This document shows positions 23,543 through 32,895 of a stretch of 64,000 nt of DNA, piece by piece. Under the pieces are notes generated by a model. The model was not told where the DNA came from and did not search any database. It saw only the letters and a program-made list of their open reading frames with translations. Source of the stretch: Pirellulales bacterium (GTDB taxonomy: Bacteria > Planctomycetota > Planctomycetia > Pirellulales > JAICIG01); contig JBBDYJ010000039.1 in the NCBI GenBank assembly GCA_040901675.1, positions 1 through 64,000 of the forward strand, written 5' to 3'. The stretch's first letter is position 1. Each line of letters starts with the position of its first letter. A program made the position numbers and the translations under genes.

Positions 23543-24390
23543 TCCGCCTGTTTTTCAAACGGCATGATGCGCAGGCGGTTGACCACCTGCCGCAGGCAAT
23601 ACTCGCTGCACGCGTCGAGGAATTCCTCTTCTCCCTTCTTGAGGAACGTCAGCCGCAATTGAATGAACAACGCCGCCACCAGCGCCACCAGGGTGGTCTC
23701 GAAGGCGGTGTTCAGACCGGCCGTGACGCCCTGCAGGCTGGAGGCAATCTGGGAAACGTCCGAGGCGGCGGCCAGCACGTTGCCGAAGGCGCCGATGGCG
23801 GCCGACAACCCCAGCACCGTGCCGATAAAGCCCAGGACGGGAATGGCCCAGATGAACCCCTGCAAGGTGGAATAGCTGGTTTCCATCGACGACTCTTCCA
23901 GCTCCGCCTGCGAGCGGAGGATGTCGTCGACGTCCGAAACGCGCCCCAGGTTGCGCAAGTTCGACAGCGCGATCACGATCCGGTTGAAGAGCAAAAAATG
24001 CTTGGGATCGTCGACCGTCAGATAGATGCGCTGCAAACAGTCGTCGACCGTGGCCGACGACAGGACGAAGTCCGCGTCGGCGGGCACGACGTCAAAATCG
24101 AGTGCCCGCCGCTGGAGGGCCAGTTTCCGGCTTTTCAGCCAAAGGATGACCAGCGCCCAGGCCGACAGCCCGCAGATGAAGTAGGGCGTCGGCCCGCGCT
24201 CGAAAAACATGGCGGCGAAATGCGTGTGCCTGAGCGGGAGCAAGGCGGCGTAAAAGGCGACGGTGAGCAGGCAGGCGATCAGGAACGAAAGCCACGTATT
24301 CACGCGCGTATAGCGCGCGCCTCGGAATCCCAGCCGCTGCTCGATGTCGCTCTTGCTCCACGACAAGGGTACTTCGACCGCCAACGCCAT
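23539..24390 (-). CDS. MotA/TolQ/ExbB proton channel family protein
   Basis: WAIPVLGFIGTVLGL...GLNTAFETTLVAL signature with additional N-terminal TMs. Confidence 0.88.
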   Translation of the reverse strand: MALAVEVPLSWSKSDIEQRLGFRGARYTRVNTWLSFLIACLLTVAFYAALLPLRHTHFAAMFFERGPTPYFICGLSAWALVILWLKSRKLALQRRALDFDVVPADADFVLSSATVDDCLQRIYLTVDDPKHFLLFNRIVIALSNLRNLGRVSDVDDILRSQAELEESSMETSYSTLQGFIWAIPVLGFIGTVLGLSAAIGAFGNVLAAASDVSQIASSLQGVTAGLNTAFETTLVALVAALFIQLRLTFLKKGEEEFLDACSEYCLRQVVNRLRIMPFEKQAD

Positions 24391-24462
24391 GCTGATTTCT
24401 CCATGTCCGACTGTGTCAGCCGCTTGCTCCGGCCAGGTTATCGGTCCGATGAGATTACCTCA

Positions 24463-25365
24463 TTAGGCAGGCAGCCTCGAACTAGCGGCAAGTAGAATGA
24501 CCATCACCACCACCATAAACGCGATGAACACGATCATGAGAATGCTCACGTAGATCCAAAACGCTTTTATCGCATCCAGCGATGCCTCAAGCACCGCAGT
24601 GCTCCTAGCGGATGCGAGTTGGCCGAGGCGGCTGGAGTATTTCAACAACAGCAGGGCGCCCACCGTTGCCATGGCGGCTTGAATTAAGCTGAACAAACCT
24701 GAAGCCACGGCCTGCGTGCGGTCCAGATTGATTTCGAGGGCCAAGGAGAGGACGCCGACGAGGGCCATGAGCGCGGCGTAAACAAACAGCGTGATCGTGA
24801 TGAACAGCACCCAACCCCGAGAAGCGGTGGCGGCGCGGCACAGGGCTGCCGGCAGTTGCTCGCCGCTTCGCGACTGCCTGCCCCCGGACTTGCCGGACGG
24901 CGGCGAGGAGAAATGCCGGGCCAGTGCGGGAACCCAACCAGCCGCGGTCCACTCGGTCATGCCTTCGTTCCAGACCAAGTCGGTCTCGCTTAACCGCCCG
25001 CCCGAAATCAGCATTTCCAGGTAGGAAAGCTCCACCGGCCCCTGTTGGGTGCCCGAGTTGCTGTAGTACCACAACGTGCCGGCAGGCGCGGCGGACGGCG
25101 GCACAACCTGGAGACTGGTGGCGGGTTTTGGATCCCGGTGACCAGGATCGATCGCCGGCGATGGAGGGTTGGCGGTCTCGGCCGTGGCCGCCGCCAGCGC
25201 GGTGAACAGTTCCGGATACGTGGAGGCACGGACCCAGCTTGCACCATCGCTCGACACCTCGTGGAGCCGGCTGAACTGTCCGCGGCGGGCCAGCGACTGC
25301 AGCTTTTCATGATCGTAGGGCCCCAGCACCCGCCCGCGGACCCGTATAAAGAGCTGTACTTCCAC
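24463..25365 (-). CDS. Tandem GYF_2 (DUF4339)-like protein with a C-terminal 3-TM domain (DUF5362-like)
   Basis: RGRVLGPY...W and WYYSNSGTQQGPV...LVWNEGMTEW motifs, then three hydrophobic helices; GTG start. Confidence 0.75.
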   Translation of the reverse strand: MEVQLFIRVRGRVLGPYDHEKLQSLARRGQFSRLHEVSSDGASWVRASTYPELFTALAAATAETANPPSPAIDPGHRDPKPATSLQVVPPSAAPAGTLWYYSNSGTQQGPVELSYLEMLISGGRLSETDLVWNEGMTEWTAAGWVPALARHFSSPPSGKSGGRQSRSGEQLPAALCRAATASRGWVLFITITLFVYAALMALVGVLSLALEINLDRTQAVASGLFSLIQAAMATVGALLLLKYSSRLGQLASARSTAVLEASLDAIKAFWIYVSILMIVFIAFMVVVMVILLAASSRLPA

Positions 25366-25383
25366 TTGCGCACCGCCTTCGTT

Positions 25384-28287
25384 TCAAGAACCTGATGCCA
25401 GCCGCTCGGGCTCCGCCAGATAGACTGGCCGCCCCTCCAGCAACAGCTCGGGCCGCGACACGTCGAGCTCGATCGACGAGCCGCGACTCGTCCCCACGCG
25501 GATCAACTGAACCGCGCCACCGGCGGGACGGAGAACGACAAACAGTTCGCCCTCGCCCGGCTGTTCACTGTGGTGGAGTCGCCAGCGTCGCGCCTCGCCG
25601 CTATCGCGGCCCAGCCAGCCGACCCAGGCATAGTGCGGGTAGCGGGCTGCTCGAATTGATTTGAGATGCGCGCCGATCCGCTCCTGCAATGCGGCGGAGT
25701 CCGGCATCTTGGCCAGCACGGCGGCGGCCTTTGTTCGCTCTCGGCCCGCTTCCTGTTTGGGGTCGTCGATCCAGTTGACGAAGCGGTCGACTTGCGCGGC
25801 TTGGATCGACGCGCGGAACTCCGCCAAGGCTTCAGCGAGGCAGGTGCTCCCGCGCGAGGCCACTTCGCAGATGCGCTCGATCAGAGTCAGCTTGAGCAGC
25901 GGATCGGTATCCGCGTCGTTGGCCAGCCGCACGATGACGTTGTAGAAGACACCTTCCCAGCTCGTCTTGTCGATGCGGGCCAACTCCTTCAGCACTTGCT
26001 CAGCCAGGATCGACTGCGGTGCGGGGCCGCGGCTCGCCACGTTGTCCAGGTTGAGACGCACGTCGTCGGTCGTGAGGTCGAAACCCTTGAAGTATTTGAA
26101 CCGGATCGCCGCACCCGCCTCCGTGGGTTCCTCAGGAGCGTAGAACCGCCGGCCAGCGGCGTTCTCTACCATCCAGACGTTCTCGACCAGCTTGTCGTGA
26201 AATAACCGGTCGAGCTCGCCGGCGATTGTCTTTCCGTCAGCGCCGCGCCGGGCTACGACCGACGCCAGGTACGCGAGCCCCTGCTCGAGCTTGGCGACTT
26301 GCGGGAAATCGCCGTGCGACTCCATGACGGCCCGCGTGGCGGCGATCAACTCCCGCGCTCGTTCAATGGGCAAAGCCGTGACATCGACGGAGGCCCAGCG
26401 CTCGCTCACGTGGTTCCAGGCTTCGAGCGATTTCCAGAGCCCCGCCTCTTCCAGCACCCGCTGGAAGTCGCCGGCCCGCGCTGTGTCGCCGAAAGCGTCG
26501 ATGTATTGCTTGATCGCCGCCTCGAACCTGGCGGGGTCGCCTACCGCTTGCGTGATCTTGGCCGACTCGCGCTCGTGGCGCATCTCCAGCTCGGCGGCCT
26601 TCGCGAGGACGGCCAGCCGGACCTTGAGCGGCGCGACCTGGGAGCGCACGGCCTCGCTGATCAGGCCGCTGCGGGCTTCGAGCGCGGCGATGTCGGCCCG
26701 CAGTTGCCGGATGGCCAGGTCGAAGGCGCCGGCGGCGGGGCGATTGTCGCCCTCCAGCTCGCGGATGCGACGGGCGAATTCGCGGACCTTCCCCAGGTAT
26801 TCCGCGTCCCGCTCGGCGCTGCGGCGGCGGTCGAACGCCGCCAGCTCCAAGTCAAAATCGGCCAGCAAGGCCAACTCGTCCGCCGTCCGCGCCAGCTTCC
26901 GCGATTCCTCCAGCAGTTTGCGATCGGCTAACTCCGGCCCGCCGGCCACCGCACGCGAAAACGTGGTCCGGAACCGCTCGAGCCGGCGCGTCTCGTCCCG
27001 CTCGCGAGCGTCCAACTCAAGGATGAGTTGCTGCACCTCGTCGCTGGCCGCGGTCCGCGGCGCATCGACCGACATTTGATCGACGTACTTGCGAGCGGCC
27101 GGCAGCTCTCCTTTCTCCAGCAGCTTCTGGAGTCCTTCCGAGCGGCGGGCCACGTCGCTCTTGCGCAACTGGTGTACCACACCGGCTCCGACCAGGCCGC
27201 CGATCAGAACCAGGCCGGCGATCGAGGCCGCGAGCACCAGCCTGTACCGCCGCATTGCTGCGAGCTGCAGCCCTTCGACGCGCACCTGGTAACCCCGGGC
27301 GAGCTGAGGCGACAACTGGAGAGCGTCGCGTACGGCCGCATGGTGCAGCCGCTCCAGTTTCTGCAGGCTGGCGCTTTCGCCGTCCAGGGCGGCCTCCAGC
27401 GACCGGGCGGCGCTAGCGTGCCGCGACGCCAGCTCGCGGGCCGCATCTTCCTCGGCCAGCCAATCCATGGCCGGCGCCAATCGTTCAGCCAGCGGGTCGT
27501 CCTGCTGGAGGCCGCAGATCGCCTGGTTGGCTTGCCACTGGTCGCGCAGCGTGCGTGCTTGTTCCAGGTCGAGCGCGGCAAAGGCCGCGTTGAGCTCGGG
27601 TTCGAGGCGTTCGAGCGCCGCACGCGCCTGTTGGCAGGCGACCAGGTGCCGGCTCTCCGAGACCTTGCGGATCACCGCCGGCGGAGGGATTTCCTGCCAG
27701 GGACTATCGAGCAGTTCATCTTCGAGCACCGCCAACTGGGGCGCATCGGCTTGTTTGGCGGCCGCGGCGGCTTCGGTGAGGATCTGCTTCTGGCGTTCCG
27801 ACTCGAAGGCCGCCACGTCTTCGCGCCAGACGGTATTATCGGCATCCAATTGGGCCAGCTCGCGCAGCGTTTCGAGGCGATAGTTGAGCGGGCTGCGGGC
27901 CAGGGCCAGCAAGCGGTGCCGGCGCAACAGCGCTTCGAGCGGCTGCTGGACGGCGTAGGCCTCGTTGAGCTCGGCGGCCACTTCGAGCAGCAACGGCGGC
28001 GGTGGAACGATGCCGTACTGCCGCAGCAAGTCGTCCATCTGGTCGCGGTCGGGAAAGTCGAGCGTGGCGACCATGTCGAGCAAGTTCGGCTGGATTTCGC
28101 ACTGCTGAATCGCCTCGGCCCGCAATCCTTTCTTCAGGAGCGCGCCGCACTGCCGCAGCCGGGCATTGACTTCGTCGCAGGCCAGCATGTAATCGGCCGT
28201 CGCCGCGCGGAGGAAGTCCACCGTCTCCGCGCTGGCGGAGAACAGCCACCCCTGCAGGTCGTCCACGACGCGCTGGTAGTCGATCAT
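25384..28287 (-). CDS. Large alpha-helical single-TM hypothetical protein (967 aa)
   Basis: Long ORF with one hydrophobic helix (LVLAASIAGLVLIGGLVGAGVV); ATGA overlap with the upstream gene. Confidence 0.8.
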   Translation of the reverse strand: MIDYQRVVDDLQGWLFSASAETVDFLRAATADYMLACDEVNARLRQCGALLKKGLRAEAIQQCEIQPNLLDMVATLDFPDRDQMDDLLRQYGIVPPPPLLLEVAAELNEAYAVQQPLEALLRRHRLLALARSPLNYRLETLRELAQLDADNTVWREDVAAFESERQKQILTEAAAAAKQADAPQLAVLEDELLDSPWQEIPPPAVIRKVSESRHLVACQQARAALERLEPELNAAFAALDLEQARTLRDQWQANQAICGLQQDDPLAERLAPAMDWLAEEDAARELASRHASAARSLEAALDGESASLQKLERLHHAAVRDALQLSPQLARGYQVRVEGLQLAAMRRYRLVLAASIAGLVLIGGLVGAGVVHQLRKSDVARRSEGLQKLLEKGELPAARKYVDQMSVDAPRTAASDEVQQLILELDARERDETRRLERFRTTFSRAVAGGPELADRKLLEESRKLARTADELALLADFDLELAAFDRRRSAERDAEYLGKVREFARRIRELEGDNRPAAGAFDLAIRQLRADIAALEARSGLISEAVRSQVAPLKVRLAVLAKAAELEMRHERESAKITQAVGDPARFEAAIKQYIDAFGDTARAGDFQRVLEEAGLWKSLEAWNHVSERWASVDVTALPIERARELIAATRAVMESHGDFPQVAKLEQGLAYLASVVARRGADGKTIAGELDRLFHDKLVENVWMVENAAGRRFYAPEEPTEAGAAIRFKYFKGFDLTTDDVRLNLDNVASRGPAPQSILAEQVLKELARIDKTSWEGVFYNVIVRLANDADTDPLLKLTLIERICEVASRGSTCLAEALAEFRASIQAAQVDRFVNWIDDPKQEAGRERTKAAAVLAKMPDSAALQERIGAHLKSIRAARYPHYAWVGWLGRDSGEARRWRLHHSEQPGEGELFVVLRPAGGAVQLIRVGTSRGSSIELDVSRPELLLEGRPVYLAEPERLASGS

Positions 28288-30653
28288 AATGGTGCTGTTA
28301 CGGGTGTCTTCGTTGGTGGCGTGCGAATCAACTCAAGTTTGTGGTCGCCTATCCTCGTATAAATCCTGTAATTCAACGCCAAGCCATTGACCTGTTCGCA
28401 CAGCGATTGTAGTTTCCTAGCCGCATCCAATGCGCTCTTCTTCCTTAAGTAGTCTGCCCGCACGTGGGGCGACATATCAATTTCCAGAAGTGTTTTTGCT
28501 TGACTCTCATTCTCTTGGACCTTTTCGATGTGCCGGCGCACACGCTCAAGAAAAGTGAGCTCCAAACCATCGCCAGAATGGAACGGTAAAGCCCATGCTA
28601 TATCGGTTCCTGAGAACTCAACGCCGAGCCGTTGGAAGTTCCAGGTGAGACCAGCGTGAAACTCAAGCGTTGGACGAGCCACCGCATCGCTTGTTAAAGA
28701 GAACTTTACGCGACGTGCATCGTGCTGTTGTTTGACGTAAACCGAATCGCCATCGAAGGGTAATATCTCCACGAATAGAAGCGCTTTCGGCGGCAGATTG
28801 GGAATTCTTGGCAAGATCCGTCGGAGTTCTTTTGTGCCCGGTTCCGTAAGAAATGGCCCGATGGGCAGCGGTTCACTTTCGGCGGGCTTCCGTAGTGCAA
28901 TTAGTGCTGTCTGCAAAGGAACCGCCTGCTCGTCTGAGACGCCGGAGTGAAGGCGTGCTTCAAGGATCGAGTTCGACAACATCGCATTTTCTATTCCGTC
29001 ACCCTTGCTGGTCCAAAGGAACGCGAGAGCCCCGTCGCGAAGCGACAATTCTGCGACGTCCTGCTCCGAAACGCCGGTTTCACTCTCGGCTGTACTCTGC
29101 GCAACTACGTTCCAGCGGCGAGATTGCCTGGCACTTTCATCCTCCTTAATTGCAAACGACCAACCATTGATCGTTGACGAATGAAGTTGCAAGGAGCAGA
29201 CGAGCGACTCCGGGACGTTCAGCGGCGCCAATCTGGTTTCTTCGTTAATTGCCGTCGCTGTATCCGAAAAGGTCGGCAAGTCCACCGCCGTAGGCAGGAC
29301 TCGAAGTGCATCGGCCGCTTCTTGACCCGAGAGATCTATCTTCTCCGTCGGTGCAGGCACCGGCTCGGGATTGACAGGAGCCGGTTTTTCTTGGGAAGGC
29401 AGTGGCGAGGCACCGGTTGCAGGTTTGCTCGAGCCCGCCACCTTGTTCGAGTGAGGCTTCTCCCCGGTCTCCGGCGTGGGCGCAACGCTGGCCTTCGTCG
29501 GAGTCTGGGGCTTCGAAGGCGCCTCCGACGCACCGCCCGTAATCAAACCTGTGGTTGCATTGTGCTGCATCAGCCAAATCGCGGCGCCGCCACCGATCAA
29601 AGTGAGCGCAAACAGGCTGCACGCCAGGACCAGGGGCCAGCGGCGCTTGCGCTTTTTCTTGAAGGTCCTCAATTGGGGCGGCGAGGTGCGAAAGGCGGTA
29701 GCGCCTGGCTTGAGAGGTGGCGGGCCGATCCCCACGGGAATCGATGCGCCCGCGACGGCGACTTGAGGGAGACCCGAGGGCGGGAGTGAGGGAGCCGGCC
29801 ACGCGTCGACGTCATCTTGTGGATCGGGCGCCGAAGGCGCGGCGGCCTTCTGGGCGACGACCACGCCGGTCCGGGCGGCCTCGATCAGCCAGCCGCCGGG
29901 CGGCCGGCCGGCCGGCCGGCAGAGATCGATCACGGTAATGTGCGGCGAGCGGCGGGCCGCTAAAATCTCGGGCGTGCCTTCCAACATGCAACGCCACTTG
30001 CAGTCGATGCCGGGCGGCAGCTTGGTGAAATACGTGCTGAACGTGATGCCCCAGCGGTTCTCGGCAGGCAACAGGTTGAGAGACTCGACCAAGAGCGGCA
30101 GCATCTCCATGCCGGGCCGAAAGACGATCACCGCCTGCCGGAGCGGGTCGAGCGCCGTCTCGGCCAGCACGCCGCCCCAACCCGCGTCGCCGGCGAGCTG
30201 CCGCCAAGCCTGGCAGATGCCCGCGGCCGCCGCCCCTGTCGGCGGCTTTCGACCAGCGGCCAGGATGCGCGGCTCGCCGTCCCACGTCTCTTCGAGAAAG
30301 CCGGGGGCCGAGATGAGCCAGGCCGGTCCGGCCGCCGGCAGCTCGCTCGGATCGAGCACGACGTGGTGCGCGAACTTGTTGGCCCGCTGCGTGTAATCGA
30401 GCCCGTGGGCCGAGATGCGCGACAAGACGTGCAGCGTCCGCCCGCCGACGCTGAGCCGCAGGTGCGAGTGGACCACCGGGTTCCAATGCGCCTTGGGATC
30501 CTGCGGCGGAAACACCTGGCGGTAGCCGCTGAGCGATTCCAGCCGCTCGGCCAGGTTCTTGGCCATGCCCTGCGTGCTGACGACGGTGCAGAAGCCCCGG
30601 CTGCCCGGCTTGAGCCCCCGCGGCGCCGACGTGTAGATGATCTCCTGGCTCAT
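28284..30653 (-). CDS. GTPase-associated protein 1 (GAP1-N2/GAP1-M-like) with a TM and a variable C-terminal region
   Basis: N-terminus QEIIYTSAPRGL...GFCTV...GLDYTQRANKFAHH and TFSTY; Pro-rich linker, KKKRKRR stop-transfer and TM; family call from motif recall. Confidence 0.72.
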   Translation of the reverse strand: MSQEIIYTSAPRGLKPGSRGFCTVVSTQGMAKNLAERLESLSGYRQVFPPQDPKAHWNPVVHSHLRLSVGGRTLHVLSRISAHGLDYTQRANKFAHHVVLDPSELPAAGPAWLISAPGFLEETWDGEPRILAAGRKPPTGAAAAGICQAWRQLAGDAGWGGVLAETALDPLRQAVIVFRPGMEMLPLLVESLNLLPAENRWGITFSTYFTKLPPGIDCKWRCMLEGTPEILAARRSPHITVIDLCRPAGRPPGGWLIEAARTGVVVAQKAAAPSAPDPQDDVDAWPAPSLPPSGLPQVAVAGASIPVGIGPPPLKPGATAFRTSPPQLRTFKKKRKRRWPLVLACSLFALTLIGGGAAIWLMQHNATTGLITGGASEAPSKPQTPTKASVAPTPETGEKPHSNKVAGSSKPATGASPLPSQEKPAPVNPEPVPAPTEKIDLSGQEAADALRVLPTAVDLPTFSDTATAINEETRLAPLNVPESLVCSLQLHSSTINGWSFAIKEDESARQSRRWNVVAQSTAESETGVSEQDVAELSLRDGALAFLWTSKGDGIENAMLSNSILEARLHSGVSDEQAVPLQTALIALRKPAESEPLPIGPFLTEPGTKELRRILPRIPNLPPKALLFVEILPFDGDSVYVKQQHDARRVKFSLTSDAVARPTLEFHAGLTWNFQRLGVEFSGTDIAWALPFHSGDGLELTFLERVRRHIEKVQENESQAKTLLEIDMSPHVRADYLRKKSALDAARKLQSLCEQVNGLALNYRIYTRIGDHKLELIRTPPTKTPVTAPL

Positions 30654-32032
30654 CGGCCGGGCCTCGCGGGGGGCACGGCTCCAAGCCGGGCGATGGCACT
30701 TTGATCGGCGCTGACTTCAGGATCGCCGTTGCGCGATGGGCCTGACTTGGGCTTCAGGTAAGGAATCAGTCCCCGCAAGTAGCGGCTCATCACGTACAAC
30801 AGCGGCACCTCCGCCCAGACAGGATGGATGTCGCAGGGCCGGATGCCCAACGCGCCGGTGCCAGGATCGACTTCGGGGCCGCGGCCCATCGCGCTCACCG
30901 GGATATAGACCACGGTATCGGCGAAGCTTTCGGCCGCCGAAACAATCTCGGGCGACAGATCCCAGAGCAGCGAGCGGACGGCTCGAGAGCGGCGCTCGAT
31001 CAACTCCAGATCCAGGCCGCAGACCGCGCTGCGGCGGCTGGCGACCCAAGGCGTCTCCAACGCTTCGCCAGGCAGCAGTGCGGACCACGAATCGTGCTTG
31101 GTGACGACCACCACCAAGGGGCGAGGGTGCTTGGCGCGGTGGGCCAGGCCGCCGTGTCGGCGGACTCGTTCGGCCGCCTCCAGCAGGATGCTGTCCTGCC
31201 GGATCGGCCGCTCGCGCGCCAGGCGCGTGGAGCGCAGCGCCATCTGGGGGTCGTCCGTTTTGCCTTGGCAGGCCTTCCGGAAGCGCACGTCCTGCGTGGG
31301 ATCGAACAAGAAGAACAGCGCCCGGCTCAGGGCCAGGTGCCGGGTGACCGGACTCGAGGCCGTATCGGCGCCAGGCAGAAAACTCTCGCCGGCGTTGTCG
31401 TACAGGCAGAGCGTCCGCGACATGCGATCGGCCCTGGCAAAGTTGGGGTGCGTTTCCAGCGGCCGCAGGGTAAACACAAAGGGCCGGGGGTACCTGATCG
31501 CCTGGTCTTCGTACAGCACGGTGTCGTACAGGTCGCCTTGCTCCTCGGTTTTCCGGATGGAAACAAGCTTGTCCTGCTGGGGGTTGAGGAACTGCTGTTC
31601 CTCGTATTCGTTGAGGATATGGTTCAGCGCGGGATCCGCGTCGCTGAAGCTGACGCCGAAGCACTTGGGCAGCGTCCGCCTCAACTGCCAGGTCATGGCG
31701 GCCAGCAGATACGATTTACCGCAAGAGGGGGCGCCGAGGATCGACAGGAAGAGCGGCTCCATCTCCACGAATGCCCGCGGGATGCCGAGGTGGCAGCCGG
31801 GACAGGCCAGGCCGTGACAGATAAAACCGCGGGGATCGATGGCGGAGCCCGCCGGGTTAAAGCGGGTGGGCAGAAACCGCTGCTGCTGGTCGCCGCCCAG
31901 CCGCGGATCGCCCAGCAAGTCGGGATGCTGGCTGATCCAAAGCACTTCTTCGGGCGCGAACCTCGACCAGCAATGAGGGCAAACGACTCTGGCCTGGACG
32001 GCGATGGAAGTTTGAGCGCGGGCCTGGGCCAT
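30650..32032 (-). CDS. TRAFAC-clade GTPase with an N-terminal Zn ribbon (double-GTPase-2-like)
   Basis: CPHC/CPGC, G1 GAPSCGKS, G3 LYDNAGE, FLFDP, G4 VVVTKHD. Confidence 0.8.
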   Translation of the reverse strand: MAQARAQTSIAVQARVVCPHCWSRFAPEEVLWISQHPDLLGDPRLGGDQQQRFLPTRFNPAGSAIDPRGFICHGLACPGCHLGIPRAFVEMEPLFLSILGAPSCGKSYLLAAMTWQLRRTLPKCFGVSFSDADPALNHILNEYEEQQFLNPQQDKLVSIRKTEEQGDLYDTVLYEDQAIRYPRPFVFTLRPLETHPNFARADRMSRTLCLYDNAGESFLPGADTASSPVTRHLALSRALFFLFDPTQDVRFRKACQGKTDDPQMALRSTRLARERPIRQDSILLEAAERVRRHGGLAHRAKHPRPLVVVVTKHDSWSALLPGEALETPWVASRRSAVCGLDLELIERRSRAVRSLLWDLSPEIVSAAESFADTVVYIPVSAMGRGPEVDPGTGALGIRPCDIHPVWAEVPLLYVMSRYLRGLIPYLKPKSGPSRNGDPEVSADQSAIARLGAVPPARPGR

Positions 32033-32044
32033 GATCTGCCCCCA

Positions 32045-32695
32045 TTACTTCACTTGAAGGGTCTTGCCCCTCGTCTCTTGGCTGGTTTGGCGGTCTTCAG
32101 TCGCGCGCTCGCCGTATTGCTCCGTCCGTTTCAGCAGCGTTTGCGCCAGCTCCGCGCAGTCATCGTCCGACCTGGCGTGCCACTGCGCGGTTTTCCAGCC
32201 GCGGACCGAGCGTTCGAAAGCTTTGCCGTAATCGCCGCTCGAGGCCGCCCGCTCGGCCTCGTTCAACATCCGCCGCGCATCCCGGGCCGCGCGTCGCGGA
32301 TCGGCGGGAATACCGGCAGGCGGACTGGTTCCATGTGACTCGACCGGAAAGCTTCCCGCTTGACCCTTTGGCGGCCCTTGGTTTTGACCGGGTTCGCGCC
32401 CGGCGTGCCGGTGCGCTACCGACCGCAGCGTGGAAGAGCCGGCTGCTCCCGGCGCTTGGTTTTTCTCCGCGCCACCATTGCCGCCATCGCAGCACTCCGC
32501 CTCCGGCGTTGTCGACGCCTTCGTGGCGGCGACGGGTTCAGGCGGGGCCGGCTTCGCAGGGTTTTTTTCGGTGTCGTTCGAGGCGCGTTTCGTCGACGGT
32601 TGATCGACCTCAACATCGCGGGAGCAAGAACAGCCCCCAGAACAGAGCGCCCACGCAAGAATGAAAGCAACGCCCCAGCCCTGATGGGTAGCCAT
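32045..32695 (-). CDS. Putative lipoprotein, first gene of the GTPase operon
   Basis: Hydrophobic leader ending SGGC, a disordered linker and a helical C-terminus; 12 bp from the GTPase start. Confidence 0.55.
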   Translation of the reverse strand: MATHQGWGVAFILAWALCSGGCSCSRDVEVDQPSTKRASNDTEKNPAKPAPPEPVAATKASTTPEAECCDGGNGGAEKNQAPGAAGSSTLRSVAHRHAGREPGQNQGPPKGQAGSFPVESHGTSPPAGIPADPRRAARDARRMLNEAERAASSGDYGKAFERSVRGWKTAQWHARSDDDCAELAQTLLKRTEQYGERATEDRQTSQETRGKTLQVK

Positions 32696-32895
32696 TGCCT
32701 TGCCTTTCCTGCTTGAAACAGCGTGAGCCCAGGATGTGAACAGGCATTCACCTGTTGACGGCCGCACCCCATCCTATGCGCTCGCAAGCCGGGTGCAAGC
32801 AAAAAATGCTCGCGGTTGGACACTTTTGCTGGAATCGCAGAAGCCCGCGCGGGAATAATCGATAGGTCTTACCTGAATGATTTGAGGCTTGCAGC

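Noticed and set aside
21798..24390. Calling the motor genes Zorya zorAB or flagellar motAB
   Set aside because: No long ZorA cytoplasmic tail, no OmpA-like domain, and no zorC/D/E or flagellar genes
32784..32798. Sigma54-like promoter (minus strand TTGCAC-N5-TTGC) upstream of the GTPase operon
   Set aside because: The near-invariant -24 GG reads TG, so it is too weak to call
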